A stretch of 64,000 nt of DNA from Promethearchaeota archaeon (GCA_030599585.1 JAUVNS010000001.1:224001-288000); one strand, 5' to 3'. Shown: positions 10,590-20,900, counted from the stretch's first letter. Numbers and translations: made by a program. Notes: generated by a model not told the origin, from the sequence alone.

Positions 10590-11411
10590 ATGATAATACC
10601 TAAAAAAAAAGAAGCGGAATCATTTGAACATCTTAGAATAAAAGAACATTTCTATTCCTTCCTACCGTTTGACAACAAAATTGACATAATTAAGAAAGAA
10701 TATCCTATCGGTAATCGAATTGCTGATGTTTATTGTAAATTAAGTAATGGTAGAAAAATAGTGGTAGAAATACAACATTCAATGATTCTTGTTAAGGATT
10801 TAATACAACGGACAAAAGAATACAACGAGAATAATTGCTTTGTGTTGTGGGTATTCAACGGTAGTTCGTTTGAACGTTACCCTAAAATTGATGATAATGT
10901 AAGAATATTAGGGTTTGAAAAATGGTGTCACTTGCTTTATCGTGGCCGCGTATATTACATTAATATGACTAAATCCGGTATCCATAGCCCAGTTTATCCA
11001 GCGCATTTTGCAAATTATTACGAACTAAAATATGCTAAATCTGGATTCCAGTTCTATCATAGGGCTTTATCTAAAAAAAGTTTTATCCCGACTTTTATCC
11101 CATCACTAAAAATTAAAACATTTAAAAATATGGGATTTAACTTAGCTTGTTTTTATGACGATAATGTAAGAAAATCGTGCTTAGGTGAAATTACTCAATT
11201 TTTAGAAAATTATAGTATCATTGAACCAGAAGTAAAAAAAATAAAAAAAATGAGTCGAAATCAAAAACTACTATACTTAATTATTGGTATTTACGGCGAT
11301 AAGTATGGATTAAACTTATTATTTAATATATTAAATTACCTTAAAGTCGTTTCTAAAAAAGACTACCGCTATATGAGCGTTATATATCGACACCTAACTA
11401 AGAAGGAATAA
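10590..11411 (+). CDS. CoiA-like PD-(D/E)xK nuclease
   Basis: EHLRIK, EYPIGNRIADV, VVEIQHS, RTKEY, VLWVF. Confidence 0.75.
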   Translation: MIIPKKKEAESFEHLRIKEHFYSFLPFDNKIDIIKKEYPIGNRIADVYCKLSNGRKIVVEIQHSMILVKDLIQRTKEYNENNCFVLWVFNGSSFERYPKIDDNVRILGFEKWCHLLYRGRVYYINMTKSGIHSPVYPAHFANYYELKYAKSGFQFYHRALSKKSFIPTFIPSLKIKTFKNMGFNLACFYDDNVRKSCLGEITQFLENYSIIEPEVKKIKKMSRNQKLLYLIIGIYGDKYGLNLLFNILNYLKVVSKKDYRYMSVIYRHLTKKE

Positions 11412-11430
11412 CCAAACATAAATTCCGGAT

Positions 11431-12006
11431 TTACTCTACTTTTTGAAATATGTAGGCATCGTAGAATGAAGTTTTCTTAATTTCTAACGACAACTTATGA
11501 ACGCTGTTATATTCCCTGGGATCAACCGCATCTGGATGATCTGCGAATTTTTTTTCCCTTATGACTCCGACGGCACGAAGATTTGGTTCGAAAATACAAA
11601 TTTTACCGTTGTTTTTTATCACTCGAACACTTTCATTGTAAGCTGCTTGACCATCTTCAATGTGATGAAGAGCTCCAGAAATAAATACAACATCAAAAGA
11701 TTTGTCTTCAAATGGCATCTTCTCCGCATTAAAAGGAGTGTAAGTAATTAGATGATCGACTTCTGCTTTTTTAGCTGATTTTAACCAATTTTTTTTAGCG
11801 TATTTGGATTCGTCGCTCTCCAATTCTCCAGTTAGCACGTGATAGTCATTTAATGCGAGAGCTATTGCCATTCTACCCTCACCAGTTCCGACATCTAAAA
11901 TTTTAGATTTTTTTTCCAATTTTAATTCTTGAATAATAGGATCGATATTATCAAAAATAAGACTAAACTCTCCCCCTAAAAGCTTTTTAGCATCAATTTT
12001 ATCCAT
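11431..12006 (-). CDS. Class I SAM-dependent methyltransferase
   Basis: ILDVGTGEG, MPFEDKSFDVV, LHHI. Confidence 0.9.
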   Translation of the reverse strand: MDKIDAKKLLGGEFSLIFDNIDPIIQELKLEKKSKILDVGTGEGRMAIALALNDYHVLTGELESDESKYAKKNWLKSAKKAEVDHLITYTPFNAEKMPFEDKSFDVVFISGALHHIEDGQAAYNESVRVIKNNGKICIFEPNLRAVGVIREKKFADHPDAVDPREYNSVHKLSLEIKKTSFYDAYIFQKVE

Positions 12007-12184
12007 TTTATTATAACTCCGTGGTTTTACAGTAAGATTATTATTTTTACATTAGATAATAAGAGAGAATAATAATAATTTCCCCCTATAATTTAGAGAT
12101 GAGATACCATTTTTTAGAATCTTAAAAAATCGTTAATTTTTGGTAGTCCTATCTTTTATTTTACATGAGCTGATTTTCTTAATT

Positions 12185-12319
12185 ATGGAAAAAGTAGCGA
12201 CAAAATTTAAATGGGAACAAGGTTTCGATCCAAAAGTCTTACACTCAATCGAAGTTCCCGATTTAATCTTTAAAGATTGCCTTAGATTCTTAAAGTCTAT
12301 GCATGTGAAGATCGATTAA
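12185..12319 (+). CDS. Possible 44-aa ORF or gene fragment
   Basis: MEKVATKFKWEQGFDPK...HVKID read by hand; no recognisable homology. Confidence 0.25.
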   Translation: MEKVATKFKWEQGFDPKVLHSIEVPDLIFKDCLRFLKSMHVKID

Positions 12320-12394
12320 TAGGAGTTTTATTAGAATTAATATCATAATTTCTATTTTTTTTTTTGAACATAAAAAACAGTACGCTTCACAGAT

Positions 12395-13564
12395 TTAAGA
12401 CGGTCTTCTTGAACATCGTGGTAGGATACCTCCTTCATTAAGAAGGTGAATGGGTTCATTTTCGGCGCATTCCTTAGGATCACAACATGTGTGGCATACT
12501 CTCTTATAAGCATTGAATTCAATTAACTTGATGTCTTTTGAAAGGTATTTATCTCTTACTGGTTCTTCTCTTAATAAATCCGTGCTTAAGTATTTTTTGT
12601 TGTCGTCAGCAAACACAGTAACCACAATTGCGTCTTTTCCTAGTTTCTCTTGAACTTTCAACGCACCTAGAAAGTTAGCACCAGATGATATTCCAACCGC
12701 AATACCTAGCTCATACGCTAGTTTTTGCGCCATTATGATCGAATCACCATCATCAACTCCAATGATACCGTCAAGTTCCTCCAAATTTACGATAGGGGGT
12801 ATAAATTCGTCAGATATTCCTTGTATTCTATGCTTTCCTAGCTTACACCCCGTAGAAAGAGTAGGGGAATTTTCTGGTTCTAACGCGTATAATCTGATCT
12901 TGCTATGCTTTTCTTTCAGGAAACGACCTGTTCCCATGATAGTCCCTCCAGTCCCAACTCCAGCAATAAATGCATCAGGATAAAGAGAGTGAAATCGTAG
13001 CTGCCACCAAATTTCTGGAGCAGTTGAATTGTAATGAGCTTCAAGATTATCGTTATTAGAAAATTGTCTTGGGAGAAAAGCACCTTCGGTTTCTGCTAAT
13101 TCTTCTGTCATTCGAATACTTCCTAAGAATCCACCTTCATCTTTACTAACCAAAGTAATTTTAGCCCCAAGGCTTTGGATTAAGTTAATTCTCTCGTTGC
13201 TTAACCAGTTTGGCATGAAAATTCTCACTGGATGACCCATCGCTCTTCCTATTGCTGCTATAGATATACCGGTATTACCGCTAGTAGCCTCTGCAATTAA
13301 TTGACCGGGAACTAATGTTCCTTTTTGATAGGCTTTTCTAAAAATATACAACGCCATCCTATCCTTTATACTACCTGTCATATTAAGGTATTCTGCTTTG
13401 GCATATAATTTCCGGACTTCTCCTTTGTAAGTAAAGCTTATTGCTAAGAGAGGTGTATTTCCAACGAGTGACTTTAGTCCATTAATTTGCCTTTCAATGT
13501 TCTTATCCATAATTAAACTCCTATAAAACAGAAAATTTACTAATATAATTAGAAAGGTTTTCAA
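12395..13564 (-). CDS. PLP-dependent cysteine synthase family protein; likely start ATG 13510
   Basis: [41 protein letters not shown]. Confidence 0.92.
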   Translation of the reverse strand: MKTFLIILVNFLFYRSLIMDKNIERQINGLKSLVGNTPLLAISFTYKGEVRKLYAKAEYLNMTGSIKDRMALYIFRKAYQKGTLVPGQLIAEATSGNTGISIAAIGRAMGHPVRIFMPNWLSNERINLIQSLGAKITLVSKDEGGFLGSIRMTEELAETEGAFLPRQFSNNDNLEAHYNSTAPEIWWQLRFHSLYPDAFIAGVGTGGTIMGTGRFLKEKHSKIRLYALEPENSPTLSTGCKLGKHRIQGISDEFIPPIVNLEELDGIIGVDDGDSIIMAQKLAYELGIAVGISSGANFLGALKVQEKLGKDAIVVTVFADDNKKYLSTDLLREEPVRDKYLSKDIKLIEFNAYKRVCHTCCDPKECAENEPIHLLNEGGILPRCSRRPS

Positions 13565-13708
13565 TTTAATATATCTTGATTAGGTTTTATCTAGTCGCTA
13601 ATACTTCACAAAAAAACTTCATGTATTCTGTATATATTAGCGATATATTCCCGCATTCTATCGATATTACATTATTTAATATAGACAAAAAATCCGGTAG
13701 AATTTGTC

Positions 13709-14107
13709 ATGACCGAATTTTTGTTTGATTTTTTTGTCCTCGCTCAAGGAGGTAAAGTAATTTTCAGCCATTTTAATCTCTTAAAATGCGACGATCAGCT
13801 TATTGGAGCATATTTTCACGCAATCAATTCGCTATATAACGTTTGTTTCGATAGGGATATGCAAAAAGTTTCAATGAATAACTATCGACTTCATTTCACT
13901 AAAATTGAACCCTTCTTCTTTATAGGAATCTCACCTATGAGCCTTAAAAATAAGGCTGCAAACGAGCATTTTGAATCGTTAGCCCATTCTTTTTACGATA
14001 AATACTGCAATAAACTGCCTCAACATTGGGAGAGCAATGTAGCCTTGTTTAATGGTTTTAACTCCGGCATTGACAAACACGAAAAAGGAATTACTTTGCG
14101 TAGTTAA
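13709..14107 (+). CDS. Longin-like small protein
   Basis: N-terminal beta-hairpin (FFVLAQGGKVIF), DQLIGAYFHAINS helix, FYDKY...WESNVALFNGF pattern typical of Asgard longin/sedlin-like proteins. Confidence 0.6.
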   Translation: MTEFLFDFFVLAQGGKVIFSHFNLLKCDDQLIGAYFHAINSLYNVCFDRDMQKVSMNNYRLHFTKIEPFFFIGISPMSLKNKAANEHFESLAHSFYDKYCNKLPQHWESNVALFNGFNSGIDKHEKGITLRS

Positions 14108-14141
14108 CACTTTTAACACCATAGAAAATCTTTAGGTATCG

Positions 14142-14158
14142 TTTTTTCTTTTATATAT
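14142..14158 (+). promoter_or_regulatory. Pyrimidine-BRE/TATA element
   Basis: TTTTTTCTTTTATATAT upstream of the ThiF gene. Confidence 0.55.
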
Positions 14159-14224
14159 CCTCTAGTAGTTACCGCTGTAACTTAAATTAATCTCAACAAA
14201 CACAATAAAAACAGATGATTATTA

Positions 14225-15091
14225 ATGTTCGTAAATCAAAAAATGAACACATGGACTCCAGCGTATTGGGAACACATTATTAGGAACATCGGACCCATTA
14301 CATTTGAAGAACAAGAACTAATCAGAACTTCACGCATCGCAGTACTCGGAGTAGGCGGTCTAGGCGGTCCACTCGCAGAGAATCTCGTCAGATCAGGCTG
14401 TCAAGACTTAGTGATTTGTGATTTTGATGTGTTCGACGAGTCAAATTTGAATCGGCAAATTTGCACTACTGAGGATCTTGGTAAGAGAAAAATTGATGTT
14501 GTAGAAGTTTTTTTACAGAAGATCGATTCTGAAATAAGCGTTAGGAAGTTTTTTAAAATAACTCAGCAAAACATTGATGAGGTCCTTAAGGATGTGAGAG
14601 TGATCGCGTTGACCTTAGACGATCCCGTCACCTCAATCTATATCGCTAGAGAAGCTCGAAAGCGGGGAATACCTATGATCGAGTCCTGGGGCGTACCATT
14701 CTTGTTTACTTGGTGGTTTACTCCCGAGAGCATAGATTACGAGAGATGTTACGGTCTTGAAACTGAGAAATTCAATTATTTCGAATTGTCTAATCTTAAA
14801 AAGGAAATTAACCTAGCCACTTATCAAGCATTGTTACCAAAAGTGTTTACGATGCCTGGAGTCAGAGAAAAATACGATAGAGAACCTGGAGCGTTCGAAG
14901 AAATGATGAAAGGTTCAATTGGTGCACGATCTTTTGCCCCCTTCGTGAGAATCACATCCGACTTACTGTCGGTAGATGTTATTTTCTCAGGTATTCTCGG
15001 AATAAAACCAAAACACTTAGCTCCTCACTTGAAAGGGTTCGACTACATCAACATGGAAGTCCAGGAAGCTAACCTAACAAATAATAACTAA
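14225..15091 (+). CDS. ThiF/MoeB/E1-like adenylyltransferase
   Basis: IAVLGVGGLG, CDFDVFDESNLNRQ, GKRK; no CxxC zinc pairs. Confidence 0.88.
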   Translation: MFVNQKMNTWTPAYWEHIIRNIGPITFEEQELIRTSRIAVLGVGGLGGPLAENLVRSGCQDLVICDFDVFDESNLNRQICTTEDLGKRKIDVVEVFLQKIDSEISVRKFFKITQQNIDEVLKDVRVIALTLDDPVTSIYIAREARKRGIPMIESWGVPFLFTWWFTPESIDYERCYGLETEKFNYFELSNLKKEINLATYQALLPKVFTMPGVREKYDREPGAFEEMMKGSIGARSFAPFVRITSDLLSVDVIFSGILGIKPKHLAPHLKGFDYINMEVQEANLTNNN

Positions 15092-15110
15092 ATTTCTTTC
15101 TATTTTTATT

Positions 15111-15515
15111 TTATTTGTCTCTATTCAAACCTTCGTCCTCAACAGAAGCGTTATTCTTTCTTTTTAACACAAACCCATTAATTCTATCTGCTACTGTTTC
15201 TAGTAATTTGTTCTTCTCTAAAATTTCTTCCCTTAGTTGAGATTCCACTTTGGTGGGTGAAGAAGTTTGCTGTGTATTTCTTAGGATTTGCATTAGTTTT
15301 TTAGACCTCTTTTCCGCAAAGAAAAAGCCAAAATCCGTTATTTCTTCTACCATGCGACCTCGACATTGAAGTAACAAGTGCTTCAACTCTTTTCCACTGA
15401 TTTTTCCCTCCGTAAAATTTCTTATCGCAATCTTGAGCTCTTCTAATTCATCATCGTTGAAGATTATTTTTTCTACTACATGTTCAAAATTCGCTAACTC
15501 TTGACTTTTTTCCAT
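15111..15515 (-). CDS. Hypothetical helical protein, last gene of the ATPase operon
   Basis: Start overlaps the stop of the upstream gene at 15515. Confidence 0.7.
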   Translation of the reverse strand: MEKSQELANFEHVVEKIIFNDDELEELKIAIRNFTEGKISGKELKHLLLQCRGRMVEEITDFGFFFAEKRSKKLMQILRNTQQTSSPTKVESQLREEILEKNKLLETVADRINGFVLKRKNNASVEDEGLNRDK

Positions 15516-18500
15516 TAAATTCCCCCCAAATCACCCTCAATGTATTGTCTGAAACCATCGAATATTGTGGAATATATTTCGAAGATATCTTTACAGGTTT
15601 CGGCTACTTTGGCCTGATCGTTTACTTCTATCTTTTCACAAGAAGTTAAAAATTGCTTTAGATCATCCACTGTAAACGGAAACCCTTCGACTTTACCGAA
15701 ATTTTTTATAAATCTACTAATATCTTCTGAAGTTATTGCGTAATTCACGCTATAATATTCTTTGTAAACGCTGTGTAAAAATTTAGGGAATAAATCCCTA
15801 CCAGTCTTTATCACTTTCTCGTATTTTTTGTGGTTTAAGTTTTTGTGCATGGTAAAATATTCGTAATATAGAATAGGAGCAAAATTTTTAGAGAGGGCAC
15901 TTCTTAGATTAATAGGATTCAGCGCCTCTGCTGCAGAAGGTTGTGTAGATTCCAGTTCAACTGGTTCATATGTGATGATCGAACTATCTCGCGAATCGTA
16001 ATAGTCTTTTAAAACTCTTTGGTAATGAGGTCCGACCGCAAAGGATGTTTGCATGGACTCCGAACCGCTGGCTCTTCGGGGGTGAGTTTCTGTTAAATAT
16101 TGTTTGTTTACTAAAATCCCAAAAACTTTGTCAATAATTTCTTTCTCTCTCTTCTTTTCTTTTGTAATTTTTGCGATGTAAGGCTTCAACACTTCTTGCA
16201 GCTCTTCTCTCACTTTTTTTTTGTAGAGATTACCTACTTTATCAACCGCTTGGATATTATTTAAAAATTTAATAATGCCCTCTATCAAGTCACTATACCC
16301 GGCGAAATCGCTTTCGAATAGAGTAGTTTGAGCTCTTTTCATAATTTTTTTCTCAGTTTTTTCTAAATCGTAACCTTGATCTCCCATATATCTAACGATC
16401 TCTTGCCACGATAGAGGTTGAATTTGTTGTAATTCTTCGAAGTCAAGTTGCACGGGGAAGGATTGATATATATCCTCCCGTTTAACCACAGCCTCGTTTT
16501 GTTTCATCGCTCCGATGTATCTCGTCTGATATGCTTCATTCCTCCGACTGCTGTAGTAGCCGACTCCGTGTAGGTTCTCTAAATTCATCTGTCCGTTGAG
16601 TACCGCCACATCTTTTTTATCGGATGTTCGAAAAGTTACGATGTTATCGAAGTAATTAAACACGTTCGGGTGCAAATATCTTATTTGCGAGGCAGAACTT
16701 AAAGTTCCAAAACCTTTGTTAACAAATGGGGCAAAAAACTTATCGATCTTGCCGTATTGAATTTTCTTGTCTAAGAAAAAACCGTCAAAAACTATGTCGA
16801 TGTGTGGCAATACAAGAAATTTTGGAGTAAACGATTCTCCAGTCTTCAAATAATGAATCATTTTAGACAATACCACAAACATAAAATAGCACTGTTTGTC
16901 GTAATCTTTTACATCTGAAAGATCTATTATTACAGTTTTGTCGTCAGTGATGAACTCGTGCGCATGGGCAGATTCAAGATTCTGAGGTTGTTGGCGCTGG
17001 ATAAACGAAGACTCTTGGGGAGTGAACTCCTTAAAGAAGGATAGTAACGCTTCCGTGACAGAAGATTTCTCCCAGTCTCGTTGGGAAGTTAAGTCTAATA
17101 CAAGCGTAGAAATATCAATATCGGGATTTCGAAGTATTGTGTTTTTGAACATCTCAATGGTCCGTTCGTCCTTCTTAAAGCACATCGCATACGCGTCAAA
17201 CATGTAGTCTAAATAGGCAAGATTGTTTTTATCGTAGGGTATCTCTGATCGAAGTGGGTTGATCACGATAGTTTTGCCTAGTTTGTGGTAGATAAACTGA
17301 TTTTCGTAGATAGAACCTTGAAAAATTTTTATAACCTTAGACCAATTACCCGTAAAATCGAATACTACTGAAGGATAGCCCACTTTAACCAACTCTACCA
17401 CGATCTTTTGCGCAAGGAGCTCTCGGCTAGTGTTCGTGCCGTTAGTAACGAATAAATTCCGTACTTGCTCGATTAAAAATCCAGCGGGTACTTCTGTTTC
17501 TAAATATTCCGTATTAATAGTTGAGCCAACCGCAATCTCGTTTTTAAGCTGTAAGGGAGTGTTAAATTCTGCGGCTAACCGAGTTTCTACTCCTTTTTTG
17601 AATTGATCGGAAATCGTGGTCAAAAATTGTAAAGTTTTACCTTGATATAGCATATAATTAAGATGAGTACCGTTCCTTCTGAAAAATTTGTTTTTAAGCG
17701 CTTCGAATACTAATCCTGATTCCAATAGATTGTTCCGTAACGGTTTTATTCTAAAATTCAAAAAATTATTCCCAAAAGCAGATTTTAAAACTGCGAATTG
17801 CCGTACTAACCGCCTTTCAATCTCGTCCATCGTTTCAAGAGTGAGTGATGGCGAGTTAGAAACTACCGAAGTAGAATAAGTAGCAATAACGCTCCAGATA
17901 CCTGCTTTTTGTCTGAGCCAATTGTCACGTTGTACTGGATTGCTTCTGCGTTTCATTAAGTAAAATTTTTCTCGTTCATTTAAATATTCAAACCCTTCAG
18001 AGTCAAATTTTTCGAAGTTTAAGGGTCCTAACTGGAAGGTAACCGTAAAAGACATCCCTTCTTTATTTAGCGACTCGTAGAACTTACCGGGATTACAATA
18101 CGGTGGCGGGCTGCAAAAGTAGAGGTTTGCTATTTTAATCCCTCCCGTAGTTTTTCCTTCAATCTGGTAAAAAATGGTCTCTGGCGTTTTTCTCGACTTA
18201 AAAAACTCTATTCTGGTAAAAGGATCGATTACGTTAATCTCCTTAGATTTGAACAGTTTACTTTTTGACAACTGAAAGAACAATTCCTGCCACCACACAT
18301 TTATTAACAAAATAATTATTCCGCTATTGAGTAAAAACCTATAAATTAGAGGTAAGTTGAAAAATAATAGCGATAAATCTAATAAAACTACCAACGCTAC
18401 GATATAGCTCGCTTTTGTGATTGATGTGCTTAACTTAGGGCGCACGGTTTTACAAGTGATTCTTTTCGAATTGGGTTCTATTGGAACATCTCGTTTCAGA

Positions 18501-19288
18501 ACAGTGCTTCGAAACGCTTTTATTAATTGTTGATCGGTCAGGGATGATACATTAAAGTGGTGAAAATTTGACGAAAAACCAGTTTTTAAGGCAATAGTGT
18601 TTAGCCGAAGCTCTTCTACCAATTTAGTTAACTTCGATTTAGTTATTTTCCCGTGTATTTTATAATAGGTGGAAAACAAAATCACCGTCTCAAAAGTCGA
18701 GTTTTTGTCGTAAACTTTACTATCAGTTATCTGAAGCGGTTTGTGGACGACTTGAAAAGTATACGGAGTGCGATTTTTGTTTAATCCTTTGATAAAAGTA
18801 AGTAAATTTGCTGAAACATTTTCGGCCATGACTTCAACTTTTAAGGTACTAACGCCAGTAGTTATCATATCTCTGCGATTAGTATAATATAATACTGACT
18901 TATCGTAGTCGGTCTGCCAAAAAGTTAAATTTTGAAAGGGGTTAAACGCTCCAAATTCCAATAAGTGGCGCAAACCAAAGAAACTTTTCCGAAATACCAA
19001 TACGAAACTAACTCCAACTAATACGGTTGCGCTAATAGAGAGCATAATATTGACCGTCGTTAGCATTAGTGAAGCGAACAAGACAAACTCAATTACCACT
19101 AACGAGATCGCTTTTTTGAGCGTGTCGGTATTATCTATATCCTTATAAGAAGGAAAAGAGTTCCAGACGCTATAATATGGGTCCTCGTCTGTATTCTTAT
19201 CGTTTCTTTTCCCACTTTCGTTTTTTTCTTTCCAGTCCTTATTCTGATTATTATCTTTGTTCAAAAATTCTCCATATGATTTTACCAA
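15515..19288 (-). CDS. Membrane-anchored VirB4/HerA-FtsK-like protein with degenerate ATPase motifs
   Basis: LFVTNGTNTSRELL at the Walker A position, SVVFDFTGNW, VIIDLS, GFGTLSSASQ..L..NVFNYFDNIVTFR; two TM hairpins. Confidence 0.7.
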   Translation of the reverse strand: MVKSYGEFLNKDNNQNKDWKEKNESGKRNDKNTDEDPYYSVWNSFPSYKDIDNTDTLKKAISLVVIEFVLFASLMLTTVNIMLSISATVLVGVSFVLVFRKSFFGLRHLLEFGAFNPFQNLTFWQTDYDKSVLYYTNRRDMITTGVSTLKVEVMAENVSANLLTFIKGLNKNRTPYTFQVVHKPLQITDSKVYDKNSTFETVILFSTYYKIHGKITKSKLTKLVEELRLNTIALKTGFSSNFHHFNVSSLTDQQLIKAFRSTVLKRDVPIEPNSKRITCKTVRPKLSTSITKASYIVALVVLLDLSLLFFNLPLIYRFLLNSGIIILLINVWWQELFFQLSKSKLFKSKEINVIDPFTRIEFFKSRKTPETIFYQIEGKTTGGIKIANLYFCSPPPYCNPGKFYESLNKEGMSFTVTFQLGPLNFEKFDSEGFEYLNEREKFYLMKRRSNPVQRDNWLRQKAGIWSVIATYSTSVVSNSPSLTLETMDEIERRLVRQFAVLKSAFGNNFLNFRIKPLRNNLLESGLVFEALKNKFFRRNGTHLNYMLYQGKTLQFLTTISDQFKKGVETRLAAEFNTPLQLKNEIAVGSTINTEYLETEVPAGFLIEQVRNLFVTNGTNTSRELLAQKIVVELVKVGYPSVVFDFTGNWSKVIKIFQGSIYENQFIYHKLGKTIVINPLRSEIPYDKNNLAYLDYMFDAYAMCFKKDERTIEMFKNTILRNPDIDISTLVLDLTSQRDWEKSSVTEALLSFFKEFTPQESSFIQRQQPQNLESAHAHEFITDDKTVIIDLSDVKDYDKQCYFMFVVLSKMIHYLKTGESFTPKFLVLPHIDIVFDGFFLDKKIQYGKIDKFFAPFVNKGFGTLSSASQIRYLHPNVFNYFDNIVTFRTSDKKDVAVLNGQMNLENLHGVGYYSSRRNEAYQTRYIGAMKQNEAVVKREDIYQSFPVQLDFEELQQIQPLSWQEIVRYMGDQGYDLEKTEKKIMKRAQTTLFESDFAGYSDLIEGIIKFLNNIQAVDKVGNLYKKKVREELQEVLKPYIAKITKEKKREKEIIDKVFGILVNKQYLTETHPRRASGSESMQTSFAVGPHYQRVLKDYYDSRDSSIITYEPVELESTQPSAAEALNPINLRSALSKNFAPILYYEYFTMHKNLNHKKYEKVIKTGRDLFPKFLHSVYKEYYSVNYAITSEDISRFIKNFGKVEGFPFTVDDLKQFLTSCEKIEVNDQAKVAETCKDIFEIYSTIFDGFRQYIEGDLGGI

Positions 19289-19296
19289 ATTTTATT

Positions 19297-20151
19297 TCAC
19301 CTTTTTCCGTAATACAACTTGTTGATAAAAATTAAGACTACGATAACACCAAAACAAATAAGGGTGGTATTGCTAATAGACACCGATAAAACGCCATACA
19401 TAAAAGATTCTACTAAAAGTATCGCCCCTATCATAGCAAATAAAATAATTACGCTAAAGATCATTAGCTGACCAATATTTTCCTTTGATTGACGATACGA
19501 TATATTATCCTTTAAAGCCCCCGATATTGCAATCTTTCCTCTCGATTTTTGCTCCAAATTCTTCCTTACTGTTTTTAAGTGCAAAATCTTTTCGAAAGCG
19601 TTTTTATCGAATTGGTGGTCGAGTTGAATTTGAAGGGCCTTTTCCTCGTCTTTAATCCTTTGCATTAATATCGGATTAAGCGCATTGTCACTTTTTCTCC
19701 TTTTAGATTGGCCACCTGAAAGAAAAGAAAACATAGATACTGTACGATTTCGGTTTAACATTTCTGAGTTGATATTTTCGTGTAAGTTCGGAACTTCTAG
19801 TTTCCGAAGCTCGTAATACGCTTCAATTACGCTCTTCACCTGCTCAAGATTTATATCCCCTTGTCGTTTCAGAAACAAAAGCTCTATTTGAGACAAATAC
19901 TGTATCATTTCGGGCTTGAACACCGCTACATTGAAATTAAGGGCAAAAATTTTATTTACAAGTTCCATGTATTCAAAAATATTCTCGCCAGAATCCTTTT
20001 CCCTTGTTCGCATGCCTAATTTAATCCCTATTTCGCCAACTGCGTTGCTTACGAGTACAAAACTTACCACCGCTAGCTTTTTATAGTTGCCTGTTTCTTT
20101 GCAGAGTTGTATCAGTCGTTTTAGCTTTAAATCTAAAAGTTGCTTGCTCAC
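19297..20151 (-). CDS. Hypothetical protein with C-terminal TM hairpin
   Basis: Soluble N-terminus and 2 TM; 4-nt overlap with upstream gene. Confidence 0.75.
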   Translation of the reverse strand: MSKQLLDLKLKRLIQLCKETGNYKKLAVVSFVLVSNAVGEIGIKLGMRTREKDSGENIFEYMELVNKIFALNFNVAVFKPEMIQYLSQIELLFLKRQGDINLEQVKSVIEAYYELRKLEVPNLHENINSEMLNRNRTVSMFSFLSGGQSKRRKSDNALNPILMQRIKDEEKALQIQLDHQFDKNAFEKILHLKTVRKNLEQKSRGKIAISGALKDNISYRQSKENIGQLMIFSVIILFAMIGAILLVESFMYGVLSVSISNTTLICFGVIVVLIFINKLYYGKR

Positions 20152-20900
20152 TTTCGCCCCCTCGTAGATAAAAAATCCTCGTAAATTTGCTCTACTTCAT
20201 TTTTAGACTCATTTTTCTGCTTCCTTTGAGAGGATTCAATCTCCAATTCTTCTTGAGCGATTAATTTGTCTAAATCGAACGGTTCTTTCACATTTTCAAT
20301 GTATGATTTTACAACTTCTGCGGGAGCATATTTTGCCTTTTCGAAAGTATTTATTACCGATAAATTGAACAATGCATAAGGAAATGTACATCCAAAGGAA
20401 GCTACTTGAAACCAATATCCTGGACCAATCGAATAATAAAGCGTGAGGCTTAATTCGCTATCGTAATAAACCATAAAAGGATAATAAAGATCGTTTGGTA
20501 ATAAAAAAAACAACGGAAATATCAACACGAAAAATCCAATTAAAACAATTAACGAAAGCGTGATAAAATTAAACCTCTTTACTTTAAGCAGGTTGTCACC
20601 CTTTTCCAGATCGTGAAAAAGCGTTGAATAAGCTGAAAGGAAGACTGCAACGATAAGAACTATCACAATGACAACGGGCATAGTAGCATTTTGGGGTTTA
20701 TAAGATTCATTAAACTGGTTCCCTTCTGTAAATGGGGTGCTCCACCCGAACAAGGTGTTGTAAATCCACAACATTATAGGCTCTCCGCTGTTGTTAAGCA
20801 CACCCTCGAGGTAATACCAATCTAAAAACACCGACGCGAAGCTGAAGATAAGGCCTATTAAAAAAATGATTTTATATCCTGATTTTATATTTATCGACAT
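20148..20900 (-). CDS. 4-TM membrane protein with acidic tail
   Basis: TM1 ending FLDWY, loop, three more TMs (claudin-like topology only). Confidence 0.75.
   Translation of the reverse strand: MSINIKSGYKIIFLIGLIFSFASVFLDWYYLEGVLNNSGEPIMLWIYNTLFGWSTPFTEGNQFNESYKPQNATMPVVIVIVLIVAVFLSAYSTLFHDLEKGDNLLKVKRFNFITLSLIVLIGFFVLIFPLFFLLPNDLYYPFMVYYDSELSLTLYYSIGPGYWFQVASFGCTFPYALFNLSVINTFEKAKYAPAEVVKSYIENVKEPFDLDKLIAQEELEIESSQRKQKNESKNEVEQIYEDFLSTRGRK

Noticed and set aside
20148-20900. Calling the 4-TM protein a claudin or a CedA/VirB6 homolog
   Set aside because: Only the topology is similar; no diagnostic sequence signature
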